From Antedon mediterranea (Eukaryota > Animalia > Echinodermata), in NCBI RefSeq assembly GCF_964355755.1, contig NC_092670.1:29004388-29068387 (forward strand): a stretch of 64,000 nucleotides of DNA, given 5' to 3'. Made by a program: the position numbers and the translations under genes. The notes below the pieces were generated by a model. It was not told the origin of the DNA and did not search any database. It saw nothing but the letters and a program-made list of their open reading frames with translations. Positions within the stretch are counted from its first letter, which is position 1. Each line of letters opens with the position of its first letter. Below, one piece after another: positions 23,783-37,949 of this stretch.

Positions 23783-25310
23783 TTATTGGTTATCCACAAC
23801 AAAGTTGCGGATAACCCTTGTGATTGTCAAAGATCAATATCTTCTTTTCTTTTTTTTAAGGTATCCGCACTTGGCGGATAACTCCTTGTTATTGTATGAA
23901 ATCATCTTTTTTACTTGGCAAAATAACATTTTGACACGATACGATATATTGAATAGCACGCATTCTGTCTTCTTTTAACACAGACATATTCTTTGATATG
24001 GACCAACATATTAGTCGACTGGTCGAGCGGTTAGGTTTACTCCAAGGGTCAAGTACTCCATGGGTTAAGGCAGGGGCGCCGAAAATTGGCACAGCTTCAA
24101 GACACTCTTCAACTCCTGGTCAATCTTGATTTTAGAAAAGTCATTGTTACATTGATGGAGTTTGTTTGTATTAAAAATTATTTAAACAAATTATAAACCC
24201 CAGCAGGATTTGAACCATGTAAAGCTAATACCTAAAGCAAAAAAATGTATCATTCAACATGCCCCGTGGATATATTTTGCCAAGTACTTCACTCAAGTGC
24301 TTTCATTTTCTGTGTTATTCTTTCTTTCTGTCAATTTTGTGTCTCGCGTATCTCTAAAATGTGTAAACATAACATTTTATAACTGTCAACATATGGGCAT
24401 GAAGTTGTGCACCTCCTATTTTTTAATAACGTCAGAATTGCATAACATTACAATAACATCATTTTTTCGCGTGAATTGTTTTTCCAGCCTTTTCTAGTAA
24501 TTTTTCCAACTTTTAAACAGTTAATACTTAAAATCATGTCATACGAGCATGACAATACGCGCTCGTTTTTGATGAAAAAGTTCAAAAAAATTATGCCTTT
24601 ATTTAAACAGTCATAGTTTCTAGACTAAACAGTGAAGTTTATTTTTATTACATATTTTGGAAGTTGATGAGTTGTAGATATCGGATCATTCATCAATATG
24701 GCTAACCGGACATTGTGACATCATCGTATGACCACTCAAATATAAAATATAGGATTTTTGTCTCTTTCGTCATAGCTCATCGCATTTAATAGAGCACATC
24801 TCCACTTCCGTATTCCATTTTCCCCCTGATTTTGATATTTTCTAGGTCAATCAATTGTTTTTCGCATGATTTAAAATTTTTTTATTTTTTATGACGTCAT
24901 CATGTTTCCAAAGCGTGAATTACTTTTCATCATTACAGTAAATTTCAATATGTTATAGCTCCTTAGAATGAAAAGTGATACTCATGATTAAAACGTTTTC
25001 TGGAAGCTGTTGAACTGTAGATACAAATTCATATACAAATTGTGCGCATCGGATGTTGTGATGTCATCATATGGCCAGTTGAATTTTAAGAGTCGTATTT
25101 TCATGTTTTGCGTCATTGTTCATCACATTTAAAAGAGCACGCATCTATATTCTACATATCCAAATTTCTTCAACACGTTAATGTTCTTGCTCAGATGATT
25201 CTTTTCTATCTACGAGTTTCATTTCGAAGATGTCATGATGTTAAAAAATGGGTCCTGTTATTTTCACCTATTCTGCACTGTATGTATAGTGTATACTGTA
25301 TTATACATAG
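23783..25310 (+). mobile_element. Helentron/DINE-like element, 3'-truncated, related to 48642-50083
   Basis: 5' hairpins (GGTTATCCACAAC..GTTGCGGATAACC) followed by TTGTTATTGTATGAAATC; internal blocks shared with 49450-49900. Confidence 0.55.
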
Positions 25311-25319
25311 AAACAAGAT

Positions 25320-26323
25320 CAGGGGCGGCACCCTAAATTTCATACTAAATGTTTTTTTCTGCCACTAATTAAAATTTAGATCCCATTTCATCATATTATA
25401 TATTAACTATTAACGTTATAGAAGACCAGGGTTGGAAAAGACTATAGGCCTATGTAAATTGACAAACTGCAGCGCAAAATTAACCGTGCATAATTTACCG
25501 GCGGTCAGCGTTTTTGTTGTTTGTTTGGATTGCTTGTGTCCACGAGAAGGTACGAAAGGCCACTACACACTGTGTTCGTGGTAAATTATGTCATATATGT
25601 CGTTGATTTCTCCATAATCATGGCATTTTGGTAGGGATTCCCCATCATTTAAGTATTTCCGTAGTACCATATTTATCTTCATTTCCCTACATAATATTTA
25701 CGTACGTTCCGAGCTTTGAAAAAACAGTGTTAAATTGCTTCTTTTTGCAAATTTTGATCATATTTTCTTTTCTCGAGTGTGGTTGTACAGTTTATAGTGG
25801 ATAAATGAAATTGAATTTTGGAAATTGTGGCTTTACTGACTTATTTAGCATTTATTTCAAAATAATACAATTGAACGTTTTGCTCAATATATTTATAGCA
25901 GCATCTTCACATATTTTTTTTTTATTGTTTTAGTTATTAATTGATAATAATTCATTTGTATTAATTGATTTGAATTCCTATAATTTATTACATTACCGGA
26001 AGTACCTTCGTCGGGGACCTCCTCTGACCTTCACATTGAACGCAAAAAATGTTTTCCCATTGTTTGTCGCTTGTGTTTTACTGGCGGAAAACCAGGCGTG
26101 ATACGATCTGTTTGCTACTGTAGCCCGATATAGAGTGTCATTTCTATTTATCATGAATTTTACATGCGAGAGTACCATTTCCGGCCACATCTAGGGGTGT
26201 CATTTAACAAAAATTCCCTCGCCACAGGGGGGGGGGGGGGACCTGTGGCGCAAATACTCGGTATCTACGGCCCTCTGAGGACTCTTGGGCAACCTCCTTA
26301 AAATAGTCCTGCGACCGCCCCTG
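25320..26323. mobile_element. Possible hAT-like MITE
   Basis: 9-bp TIR CAGGGGCGG..CCGCCCCTG; no TSD found. Confidence 0.4.
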
Positions 26324-26437
26324 AGGATAGAGGGCACACTAACATTTATTTTTTCAGGTCACAAAGAACTAAGAACTAAGTTCAAATCTAGTTATGTTTA
26401 TCATTGTAATGATTTGGTTATTTATTTAAATATGTAG

Positions 26438-26635
26438 GCCTGTAGCTTACCTATTTTTGACTACCTTGTGGAGAAGATGTGTGGTTGCTGCTATGAGAGA
26501 GCCTGGTATGCTAAACTTGGTGGATGTATTGCTATTAAGTTTATGATGGAGAGGATGTCAACAATCTGGGTGTTCAACCACCTTTACCAGTTCCTCAAAG
26601 CCATCTTCTTTGTTATGATGGATCTCACCAAAGAG
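26438..26635 (+). CDS. TRRAP: TRRAP exon w19
   Basis: tag|..|gtatta; ACSLPIFDYLVEKMCGCCYERAWYAKLGG..VMMDLTKE. Confidence 0.94.
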
Positions 26636-27053
26636 GTATTACATATGCATGTTTTTTATCTATTATTTGGATCATTAATAAATTTGTTTGCCTGTTAAAT
26701 TAAGATATCCATCATTTAATTTATGGTTTTCTTTTTATGAATGAAAATGATGTTGGTTTAGTTTTTATGCCTGTTATGCTTTACCTTTACATTAAAATTC
26801 ACAAAAAAAGTACAATTTTAAAGAATTGTACACACTTAGTAAGATTAACTTATTAAACATAAATATAAATGTTTACCTATACACACATTCAACAGCAAGA
26901 AAATGAAATCATTTATAGAGTGGGAAACAAACCAAGTCAAGAGGGTAAGATAGGTAATAAATATAAGGAAAATCCTAAGACATTACTGAGCAAAATGCTT
27001 TATTGTTACAGTATATTACAATACATTACAGTACTTTACTTTGTTTTAAAAAG

Positions 27054-27242
27054 GTTTCCAGTGGAGCTTTAGACCATGCAAAATCTGACCTTGAAGCCTT
27101 GTTGCAAATATGCGCCTCACCCCTCTCAGCTGAAGACGAGAAAGATCCCAATATAGTAGAAGCCAAAACAAAGGCCTTCCGTGAGGTTACAAAAGAACTT
27201 GTACGAGAAGCAACCTCTCCTAACCAAACAGTGCGAGAACAG
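27054..27242 (+). CDS. TRRAP: TRRAP exon w20
   Basis: aag|..|gtatgt; VSSGALDHAK..ELVREATSPNQTVREQ. Confidence 0.9.
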
Positions 27243-27354
27243 GTATGTCTACATCTTGGTTCAATTTCTTTTTCTGCCTTTTCTTTTCATAATGCATTTG
27301 TATTAGATATAAACAAAACTAAATAATTCTTGCTTATGATTAAACATAGTCAAA

Positions 27355-27612
27355 TAGACGCCTTTGCTCGTCTTCAAAAAATCTTCTTTCCATTCCGACT
27401 TTTAATACTAAAACGTATGGCCTAAGCACCTTTACTTCTGCTGCCTCTCGCTTATGGAATGACTTACCCGCATCTATTAGATCATGTTCTTCTACCATCG
27501 CCTTTAAATCTGCCTTGAAAACTCATCTTTTTCTTTCAAATTGAGCTCTCTCATACACTGCGCTTTGATCACTTCTGCTGGAATTGGCGCATTACAAATT
27601 CATATTATTATT
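27355..27612 (+). mobile_element. L2-clade LINE 3' fragment
   Basis: Reads TYGLSTFTSAASRLWNDLPASIR..FKSALKTHLF, then a GCGC..GCGCATTACAAAT stem and ATT tail. Confidence 0.75.
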
Positions 27613-30571
27613 TCTATAAAAGTCTAATTAAGTCTATAAAAACATAATACTGGTATATTTGTTGGTATGTTACACACATCTTCTTCTCTTCATTCTTTAT
27701 TCAATAAAAACATTTAAGAACGGTTGTCTACAAATATCAACCTCTTTCATTAAAAAGTGGCAAATGCCAAAAAATAGATTTTCTTCATACTTTGGTAATT
27801 AATCACACTTTAGGCAAATATAACAAAACTCAGATATTTTTGACAAAGAAAAGCAAATTTTACGATTTTGGCATGTGAATTTTGCCCTTATTTAGATATG
27901 GCACCTATGAAACACAAACAAGAATTTGTGAATTGTTTTTGTGAAATCTTTTTGTACCAATCTTGCTCTAATGTATAACAAAAATGTATGTAAATCAATT
28001 ATTGAATTTAGGAGATACCATTATTTTTCTTAGGCGGTGTTTTCAGGAATTTCATTCATGGACATTTTTTTATGTTTTTCAAAGGGCTATAACTCTGATG
28101 GTAACGCTTTATCAGCAACCATGGTGCAGGCATGGTTGATTGAATGGTTACTCTTGCTGTTTCCATAATAAATATCGTGGGGAATCATGTGATTTCTGTG
28201 TAGTGTTTCTAGAAAAATTTGCATTTTCTCATGTTATTTGTAATATAGAAATAGGTGGTATAGCTTTTTCAGTCCAAAATGTTTTTGTTTTTGTTTTGTT
28301 AAAATATACTAAAATATAGGCCTTATATATAGATTAGTATCTAAAATCTACCCTGGTTTGTTTATTAGTAATTACCTATTTTCCATAAATTCAAAATGGC
28401 TGCCATTAAAAAACTTTGTCCCTAATTATCTCTTTAACCACTAAGTTTTTTATAAAGAATGTTTTAAAGACATATAAACATTATCCTTAAGATTCAGAAT
28501 AACTAATTTAATTTTGAATAAGAATGTATTAGGTAAAATATAAATGTGGCCTTAAAGCTTTAAAATAACATTCTTCTGGAGACATAAGGTTAAAGGTCAA
28601 AGGCTTAAATGACCCCAACCCCCCCCCCCCCCCCCTCCACACACACTTTTTTTGTTATTGTTGAATAAGCCATTTTAATATCACAATAGTTATTCACTTT
28701 GACAAAAAATTATTTAACCTAATAAAATCATAATTTTAAAAAAAGAGTAGTAAACTGACAGCCCATTGTCTGAAATAGGTTTGTATTTGATTTACTCTTT
28801 TTTATTTTTTATAAGCTAAATCATTATTTTTTAAATAACCTGATTAAAACTACAAAATGACTTTTCATTGTTCGATTTTAGTATTCTTTATTTTTTTGCA
28901 TAAAAATAAAAGGGACTGTAAATTATAACGTAATATTTGTTATATTATCTGATTAGTTCATAGTTTATAATTTAGATTTTCACTCCGATGAAGTACATTG
29001 TGACCGATATGTTTCATCCAACCCAATATATTTATAGAAAAGAGAACTTCAAGGAAAATGTAACCTAGAAGGGACACAGACTGAGGCTATCAAGTTGTTT
29101 GATAGCCTTGCACACTAGACTAATGAAAGTGGTCTATTCTGTTTGCAATCTTGTGAATAAGTTCTTGACATGAACACAAGTTTAAGCATTGAAGTAGAGA
29201 AGGGAAAAACGAGTTACAAGCAACAAAATACAGTACATGGTACGAGAGGTCTACACTATGTACATTTTTTGATATCTTTATATGTATGCCTACCTATATC
29301 CAGTGAACACAATCGATGTTAACATTAAATATTCTCATCCTTAACGCATTTCTAATTATACCAATCATTGTTCCATATTTTTGGGGTAGGTAACACAAAT
29401 ATCTGTAAGTGCAGTTTTCCTTGCTCATAATTGTTGGTATCAGTGTATAAAGCAATGTCTCTTTATTTTGATGTAAGTTGATTGTAATTAGATAATTAAT
29501 GACGTCACATAAGGACATAAGGTAATGTTTTTTAAAAGATGTAAAACATGAAAATTGAAGATTAATTACATCAGACTTTGAATAGGTTATTTTGTAGCTG
29601 ACAGCCAATTTCATTATTTTTTTCTTTAAATTACAGTTTTTTCAGGTAAATAATTTTTTTTTTATATCCAACTTTTGGTCAAAGTGGATATCTATTATAT
29701 GATATTAAAATGGCATATTCAACAAAAAAATGTAAAAAAAATATTTTTTCAGGGTGACATCTTTAAATAATGAACATTTACATCTAAAACATTATTTTTA
29801 AGATATGACTAATATATCTAAAATTCTCATATATAATATATGATAGGCATATACTCTGATTCATTTAAGCATCGTTATGCACATGTTTAAGCTATGAATA
29901 TGTACACAAGTTAACAAAACACTGAGTTCAGATTATTCAATAATTTTGTGTAGGGCTTAATAAAAAAGTAGCCATAAGTACAGTCTTTCTTGCTCAAACA
30001 TTTAATTCTTTATATCAATGTATAGAGTAATGTCTGCTCTACATTTCGGTTTTAATATTTGATTTCAATTTGAATTCAGTTCAAATTTTATGCCATTACT
30101 TTACAAATAACATATCCTGAAATCAGAAAAAAACTTTTGTTACATCAGTATAACAAAAATGCATTCCCCAAAGTTTTTTGCCTTTTATCCATTCACACAA
30201 GGTTCATAGAATATATATATAATCAAGAACAACGCAATTCAAGTGTTACCATAGACGTTGTGAAGCTCCAAACTTTGGCCAAAATTAGATTTTTTTACCA
30301 AAAGTAAAAACATGCCTATTGAAAATAAGGATTCCCATGCCCGACCAACAATTTTTTGCTTACATACAGTTTGTTTATAGGTTTCATCATCTTGTATTAA
30401 AAATTAAATTAAATTTCAACAATCCATTTAAGAGTTATTGAAATCAACGTTTACATTATTTGACAGTGAAATAATAGGAAAAATTACAAGAAAATGCTGT
30501 AATTTTTAAAATAACTGTTACTATGGCAACAAGATACAGATATCCAAAATCTACTACGTTTTTGTTACTAG

Positions 30572-30808
30572 GCTATGAACTCCTTGAGACAAATAGCTGA
30601 GATCACTGGCAAGAGTGTGACAGAGATTATGGATCCTCATAAAGAGGTTTTAGCAGACATGATACCACCTAAGAAGCATTTGCTGAGGCACCAACCAGCT
30701 AATGCTCAAATGGGTCTCATGGACGGTAATACATTCTGTACTACATTACAACCTAGGCTGTTCACTATCAATCTGGAGATCATGGAACATAAAGTCTTCT
30801 TCACTGAG
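30572..30808 (+). CDS. TRRAP: TRRAP exon w21
   Basis: tag|..|gtatgt; AMNSLRQ..IPPKKHLLRHQPANAQMGLMDGNTFCTTLQPRLF. Confidence 0.95.
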
Positions 30809-31115
30809 GTATGTTAGCTAATTGGCGAAAATCTATGTGCCAAATGATCTTTCCTGCAAACAGCTGGCGTCATGATATCTTACACCAAGTAACATAGAGC
30901 CAAAATTTAAAAGACAGTATCGACACATGTGGTTTAGGTAATAATAATAATCAGATTTTTTACTCGGGTTATGGAGGAAGTCTTGAAATTCTAGTTTTAC
31001 AACCACATTTATTTTTTAATATAACAAAGCCTATCCTAATATCAACCACTGTAAAATACAAATTATTCAACATACTCTTGTTTTATTTCTTCATTTTTAT
31101 TTATTGATTTTGTAG

Positions 31116-31212
31116 TTAATGAATCTATGTGAAGCAGAAGATGCAGTGTTGAACAAGTTACCATGCTACAAGTCTGTCTCCTCTCTGATACCACTCAGGA
31201 TCAGTGCATTGA
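31116..31212 (+). CDS. TRRAP: TRRAP exon w22
   Basis: tag|..|gtatgt; LMNLCEAEDAVLNKLPCYKSVSSLIPLRISAL. Confidence 0.93.
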
Positions 31213-31491
31213 GTATGTCACAAATTTATCATTTATTACATGTTTACTTTTTTCATTTTCACTTATTGCTATACAGTCTATTTCCAACATTGGACATAAC
31301 ACTTTTTTTTGTCTAACTAGTTTAATCATATAGACAGAGCTTTTGCTTGTCTTTTTGATTTGTGGCAAAATCATATAGACTGGATAAAAATGAATTTCAC
31401 TATAATTTCTTAGATAACCCAATAGCATTTAGGTGTCCCAAATAATCTGTTCCTTGAATATGTAATGGTATTTTTCCCTTGTTGTTTTTAG

Positions 31492-31613
31492 GAGCACTAG
31501 CTGCATGCTTCTACCTACCACAAGTTCGTGAGAAAATCTTTAATACATTGTACAAAGCTCTGAATTCATCAAACACCGAGTTACAAGAAGCTGGAACTGA
31601 ATGTATGAAGAAG
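31492..31613 (+). CDS. TRRAP: TRRAP exon w23
   Basis: tag|..|gtaaga; ALAACFYLPQVREKIF..ELQEAGTECMKK. Confidence 0.93.
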
Positions 31614-31914
31614 GTAAGATTGTTAGCTATACAGCCCTGTGTTGTTGTATATTCCCATTCATCACATCTTCATTAAATAATACTTGAAAGTGGAAATAAA
31701 TGTTTATCTTTTCTCGTCATTCCATGTAATTTTCAATCATCACTGTTGTTCATCATTGTTGTCAAATTATAGAAACAGTGCTCATATTCGGAACATATGA
31801 TGGAAATGATTGTGGTATTAATACACATTGTTAGTGGGTACTTTAAAGATTCAAACCTCTTGTTTATAGGGCAAGATAAGTAACTTTTAATAATAAATCC
31901 ATTTTTTTAAAAAG

Positions 31915-32085
31915 TTTATTGCTGGTCATCCAGTTGACATGGAGTTAGTGCGGTCCAATGTGCGCCCTCTGTTGTCTTTAATGGGTGATCATCGAAGTTT
32001 GAACCTGAACATCATAAAGCGATTACATAGTCTAACTCAACTATTTCCAAATGCTTTCAATGAGAAGTTATGTGAACAGCTATTG
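31915..32085 (+). CDS. TRRAP: TRRAP exon w24
   Basis: aag|..|gtgagt; FIAGHPVDMELVRSNVRPLL..LFPNAFNEKLCEQLL. Confidence 0.9.
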
Positions 32086-32403
32086 GTGAGTATTCTGTGT
32101 TTGAAGACATTTTTTCTAATATAATCAACACAAGGAAGGTTTAGATTCTGCTTAAAATTCCTTTTTAAAGATGGTTAGGAAAATAGACAGCAATAGCCAG
32201 TGAAATCTGTAACAATAAAAGCCAGTCTCTGGCCCATTTTGGCCAGTAAATGTTGTATGAGATCACACATGCTTACATACAAATCTGCAATCGTTTGAAA
32301 CAAGGGTTTTACGATTATTAAGAACTATTGATGGCTAGAAAAATTAAATATTTAGCAAAACATTAGTATTTTGTGTATATAATAGTTTTTAATTAATTTT
32401 TAG

Positions 32404-32595
32404 GCACACTTGAAGAAATGGCTTGAAGTATCCATCATTGCAATGAAAGGTGGAAATACTCGGACCAATGCACAGAGCATCAAGATATGCTCTGCCATCT
32501 TAAACATGTTCCACACAATAGCTGCTGCATCTCTGAAGCTTCTTGAACCTCTTGTTATATTGACCATCAGAGCAGAAAAGGTTCTTATGATGGAG
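32404..32595 (+). CDS. TRRAP: TRRAP exon w25
   Basis: tag|..|gtaaag; AHLKKWLEV..IKICSAILNMFHTI. Confidence 0.92.
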
Positions 32596-32663
32596 GTAAA
32601 GAGATTTTAAAGATTGATCACTAGATCAAAGCAAAGATCCATTTATGTATCAAAAATTATTAA

Positions 32664-33043
32664 CTATTCTGGGTATCTTTGACCTCTGCCAGCTGTACAG
32701 TTTTTAGATATATAGTAACCCTGTAATTTCACCCTAATTTGCAAATTTAAGCTAATTTGCATATCATCTGGATGAGTGACAGAGGTGTGATGCTCAAATT
32801 TTGATCTCCTCATCATATGTGACCATTTAAACAAGAAAAATCTCTGTTTGCAATTTGTTTCACTTTAGGCTGTTATTTTAGATAGATTGCTTAACCTAAG
32901 CCGATATATGTTAGAATGGAAATTTTTCTCAAAACATATTTTTTAGGCCACTTTCTTTTTCGAATGGCCATGTGTTCAGAAATTCTCGTCTATTTTTAAA
33001 TGTCACATATGCAGCTGGCAGAGGTCAAATATACCCAGAACAG
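32664..33043. mobile_element. Small MITE
   Basis: About 32-bp TIR containing TTCTGGGTATMTTTGACCTCTGCCAGCTG; TSD unclear. Confidence 0.75.
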
Positions 33044-33250
33044 AATGACTTGGATTATCATGTGTAATGATAAGGATATCGTATATTATAACACTTAAAT
33101 ATTGATGATTGTGGGTCACATGGCGTGCATTATTAAAAGATTAATAGTATTTTGCCTTGCTGAAATTTAACCTTGTGCCATTATTTGTACCATTACACTC
33201 ATAAACATTCCTTATTTGTATACTATGGAATATTCCTATTAATGTTATAG

Positions 33251-33370
33251 ATTGGAAGTCCTCTACGTAAGCCATTGATCAAGTATCTAGTAAGATATCC
33301 TCAACAGACAGTTGACTTTTTTCTTCATGAAAACAACCTCAAGGAGCAACAATACAACAAACTATTTGCA
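33251..33370 (+). CDS. TRRAP: TRRAP exon w26
   Basis: tag|..|gtaagt; IGSPLRKPLIKYLVRYPQQTVDFFL. Confidence 0.92.
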
Positions 33371-33525
33371 GTAAGTAAAAACAAGATCATGATAAAATGA
33401 TCTGTTGACTTTACTTGAGCAGGATTTTATTACCCTAGTCAAAGTTGCAATTAATCTGTGTATAATTTTGAAAATTCCTGCGTAATGCAAGTAAAGTAAA
33501 AGTAATGTTTTCTTACTGTTTAAAG

Positions 33526-33618
33526 CACATGTTGAAACAAGAAGAAGCTGTAGACCTCCGAAAGGTAGTTCAGAGCAACCAAGCAAAGCTTGTTAATCTA
33601 GCTTTTGCCAAACCTCAG
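33526..33618 (+). CDS. TRRAP: TRRAP exon w27
   Basis: aag|..|gttagt; HMLKQEEAVDLRKVVQSNQAKLVNLAFAKPQ. Confidence 0.85.
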
Positions 33619-33737
33619 GTTAGTATGAAGGTTGATAATATATTATACTCATGTAAAAGATGTTTTTGTCAATTGCACATAATACTGATTTTTTTAATTA
33701 GCAATAGTAAGTCTGTAGCCTAAGATGAGACCAGTAA

Positions 33738-34676
33738 GGTGTCATTCACAAATTATTCCAGACCACAGAGACGCGTTTTCTATTGTTCCCTGAAAATATA
33801 CGATGTTTGATTCCATCCGTGAGTCGACTGCCTGGATGTGTTTATTCCGTTTCCCAATAGCTAAGCATGAAAAGTTCCGGCGTGAAAATGTAATAGACCA
33901 GGTGTATTTTGCCCTCGACTACACAGCACTATTTTCAATAAACTCAGGTATTTTTTGTGCTCCCTGTACTAGTTTATCGGTCGTTTTACAGCCCTGTCTT
34001 GGCAAGCGCATCTATTATTATCTGATCTCATTTGTGGTACATTATCACAAACCAGTGAATAGAGAATCCCTAAAATTTACTATGTGAAGGGAAGACAAAA
34101 AGAAACCACATATCTTTGCCCTCGACTTCGTCGACCGGTTTTACAATGTTATTTAAATAGAAATACGTCTTGATTCCCGTTCAAGCTTAAAAACATGGCC
34201 TAATAATGTGTTTATCACATGTATTTTGCTCTCAACCAGTATCGTGCGTTTCTACAGCTGCCGTAGGATGGGAGCAGGGGAATCCCCAAGTTACAAGAAA
34301 TCACGTTTGTAGGGATAAATTGCATTTTACTTTTCCGTAATTCTTTACTATTATAAGTACATGACTAGGCCTAGAGCTAGCGATTTGATGAGTTTGGCCA
34401 AAACAACGTTATTTGATTGAAATAGTGGTTATGTTGGCTAAAATATGACTAAAACAAAAAGAAATATGGTATGTATATTCCAAAAATTAATATTAGACTA
34501 TTATTCTGAATCGGTGTGCATGCATCTCAACGATGCACTTCCATCCAGACGGTGCTAGACCGTTCCGCGTTGTGTGTATCTCATTAATATTTGTTCGATA
34601 ATTAGGAAGACGGTCAATGAGATGCGTCTATATAACTGAACGCGTCTGTGGTTTGGAATAGTTTGTCGATGACACC
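33738..34676. mobile_element. PIF/Harbinger (Tourist-like) MITE
   Basis: TAA|GGTGTCAT..ATGACACC|TAA with an imperfect TIR of about 38 bp. Confidence 0.82.
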
Positions 34677-34864
34677 TAAATAGGCATAGCTCATGGCAGC
34701 TCTTATCTAGCGAGCAGGCAAATTAACATTTATTGTAGTCCATAGTGATTACTAAAAAATAATACTAATTAAATTAAGTTTATCAACTTTAAACATATAG
34801 AAATAAGGCTACATTGAAAATTAAAAGTGATTTTGATGACTTTTAATGATTATTTATTGTGTAG

Positions 34865-35112
34865 ACAACTGCACGTCCAAGCAGTCCAAATAGTTTGAAC
34901 CGCCTCGAGTTACAGTACCAGACAATTCAAATCATCGCAATTCTTGTCAAGTACTCGCCTGATTGGTTGCCTAAACAGCCTGTCCTGGCCAATCATCTTA
35001 AACGAATTTGGACGTCAGATCAATTCCAAGAGCGGCATCGTGTGGACAACGTAGGAGTGATACACTGGAATGAACCCAAACTTCTGGTCAAGTGCCTTTT
35101 AAACTACATAGA
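34865..35112 (+). CDS. TRRAP: TRRAP exon w28
   Basis: tag|..|gtaagt; RLELQYQTIQII..HWNEPKLLVKCLLNY. Confidence 0.92.
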
Positions 35113-35749
35113 GTAAGTTTTTGTTTGTAAACCAACAAGTGCTTTTACAGTAGTTTCTAATTGTGATAATTGTGAATGTAACACTAGCCAGAAGTGGTCT
35201 AAAAGTCTGTCCTTAAACGTTTAATTTTTTGTTTCCTATCAAAGTTTTTTTTTGGTCTGGCAATTGGTAAGAACATGGTAACATGGTATAATAATATTAC
35301 AGAAGGAGGTCTGTAGGGATATGGTATCTGAATTATGTTCTGTTATTGAGTGTGGTATTGTAATTCTTGTTTACTTCTCCTCTACTCCTTTAATGTATTT
35401 TGTTATGCTGATGGCTTTCTCCTTGTTAGCTTAACAAAAACCGGGTTGCAGAAATAACTTCTCAACGTTTGTATTAATTAATAAATTATAAAAAATATAA
35501 ACGTCATAGTGGTGTAATGTTACATGTACTTTATTTCTATAACAGGGACAGTTTTAAAAAATTATTAAATCGTAACTGTTTTAGGGCCTACTGTGTTTAG
35601 TGGTATAGTATTGATAGGCCATAAAACATTTAAAACAATACTTCGTTACTGAGTTGATGGAGAATATATTTCAAAATTGTTCTTCCCATCCTCTTCCCCA
35701 TCCCAGTGTAACTGGGGTAATATATGTGTTTTTTTGCATTTTGCTGAAT

Positions 35750-36900
35750 TTTTGAATTCTTTGTAGTTTCTGAGTCTAGTTATTAGGCAATCCTTAAAAC
35801 AAACTGTTACAATAGTCGAGTCTACTTGTAATAAATGAATGAATCAAAGTAGCAAGTGCAGATGAATTTAAATATTTAGAGACTCTTCTAATATTGTGTA
35901 GCTGATGAAAACCGCTACAGCAAACTTTGCTCATGTTTTTTGCCATTGACATATTCTTATCAAAATAAACACTGAGGTCTTTTACATTATAAATGGGTTT
36001 AATTCTGACATGACCAATCTCAATGTCAATATTACCTACTTTCATTAATTGTTGGCGTGTTCCAACTAACAATAACTCGGTTTCACCTGTGTTCAAAAGT
36101 AGTCTGTTCTCACACATCCAATTTTGGATATCTAATACACAGTTCGTAATAGCGGAAATTGAGCGTGTTTTACTTTGAAAGACACGTAGAGTTGGGTATC
36201 GTCGGCGTAGCTCCTTTTGGTAAATGTAGTTTAATAATATCAAAAAGGGTAGAAGTGTTTTATGTAAATAACAAGCGCCACCCCACAAGATAATTTAAAT
36301 TACTAATAGGCATATCATTTAGGTTTGGTTTTTTAAGTAGGGGCTTGATGACGCTATATTTTAAGTTATCTGGAAAAACACACAAGACAAAAAAAAATAT
36401 TTATCTGGAAAAATAGCAAGTTCAAATGACTTTTAATAATAGTGTTTATGATTGGTAAAAGAACATCTACTTGTTCAATTACAATCGATGTTGGCAGCAA
36501 TTTCAATTTTCTCGTGAATCCTTTTGATTTTATCAATGAATGAAAAAATCACCCATTTTATTTGCCAGATCTTTTTTATCCTTCGACTTCGGATACTGTG
36601 TATTTCTTTTCTTATTTAGAAGCTGTTTCATTACGGAAAATAATTTCCTCTGGTTACCACAATTTTCATCAATAATTGTTGATAGACAATTTGGTTTAAA
36701 AGTGTCCAATTTGGACCTTGTATTTATCATGATCACCATTTTTTTTAAGGTGTGTACGCAACCATGTCCTTTCCGCTCGTCGCTTTAAACATTTAGCTTC
36801 CTTAATTTCTTCATTAAACTATGGAACTTTGGGCTTAATTTTAATTGTTCTGGTATATAGTGGAGCTAAGCTTATCGAGAAGGGATGCAAGGCTCGAATT
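35750..36900 (-). mobile_element. L2-clade LINE ORF2 relic with internal deletions
   Basis: GNQRKLFSVMKQLL, PISNL, YADDTQLY, IQNWMCENRLLLN, LIHSFITSRLDYCNSL; boundaries approximate. Confidence 0.85.
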
Positions 36901-37123
36901 GATATAACTGTGCTAATCAGTATATCACATCTCATGGTTTGAAAGTCAATCCGAATTAGAAAACTTCATTCATTATTCCGAACACCACCGGTTCCTCGAT
37001 AATTGTAATCCAAATGTCACAGACTCTGTAACATGTCTTGGAGGCTTTTTGAATAAATTTTAAATTTGAAAAGATAAAAATGTACTAATCATGCTATTTA
37101 CATTATGTTGCTTTTTTCTTTAG

Positions 37124-37235
37124 GCACCATACAGAAGATATTGAGTTACTGTTTCAACTTCTACGAGTGTTCATCAATCGCTACCTACCAAACTTTGTCT
37201 TTTTCAAGAACTTCCTTGAGGACAGAGTTGCTCAG
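37124..37235 (+). CDS. TRRAP: TRRAP exon w29
   Basis: tag|..|gtattg; HHTEDIELLFQLLRVF. Confidence 0.92.
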
Positions 37236-37949
37236 GTATTGAAATTTAAAAACATAATTATAAAATCCTCAGTTGGGACTTATCTTATTTTACCCTATAA
37301 TTGTAATTTTGTTTCTGTTTATTGACTTACCATGGGAAAGCATAATAACTGTGACTAAAATCAGTTGTTGTAGTGGGTAGAAATACGGATTCTTGCAAAA
37401 AATGGCAAAGATTTTTCAGACTGTTACTACTGCACCAATATACATGCTAATTCTGCTTTAACACATAAAGTACTTCATTTATTTGATTTTTTAACTTTAT
37501 TCAGGCATGTTTAAATTGAATATTGTAAACTTAAAAGTTATGTTACCTTTATAAATAAATGCTTACTACTTGAAAAAATAGAATTTTGCTAAGTATAGTA
37601 CTGGCTTGGTTTGTTGGTTTGCACGATAGCGTCCACAACTTTTAAGTCATCTTCCTGAATAGGTATGCTTACAGAACATGCCTATTAGTTTTCAGGAAAA
37701 TTTATATATTTTTGACATCACAAAAGCTTATGAGCTGAAAATGAAATAGCACGGCCTCTGTATTCTTTTACATGAAGCCGAAATATCATAAAATAGTGAT
37801 CCCTCTCTCTCCGAATATAATTTTCCTTGATATTTTTATATATTTTATGTACTCAGTATCTGAGTGCTTTCATTTATTTTATTCTTGAGTCATCATATTA
37901 TTTAGTAATACAGTAATATGGTAAATTAATACAATTTTTTTCATTAAAG

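Noticed and set aside
27700-30500. AT-rich repeat mosaic with TTAA-ending motifs (near 28554 and 29766) and a faint THAP-like HRLCSL on the minus strand
   Set aside because: Could not pair termini or TSDs; too degraded to call.
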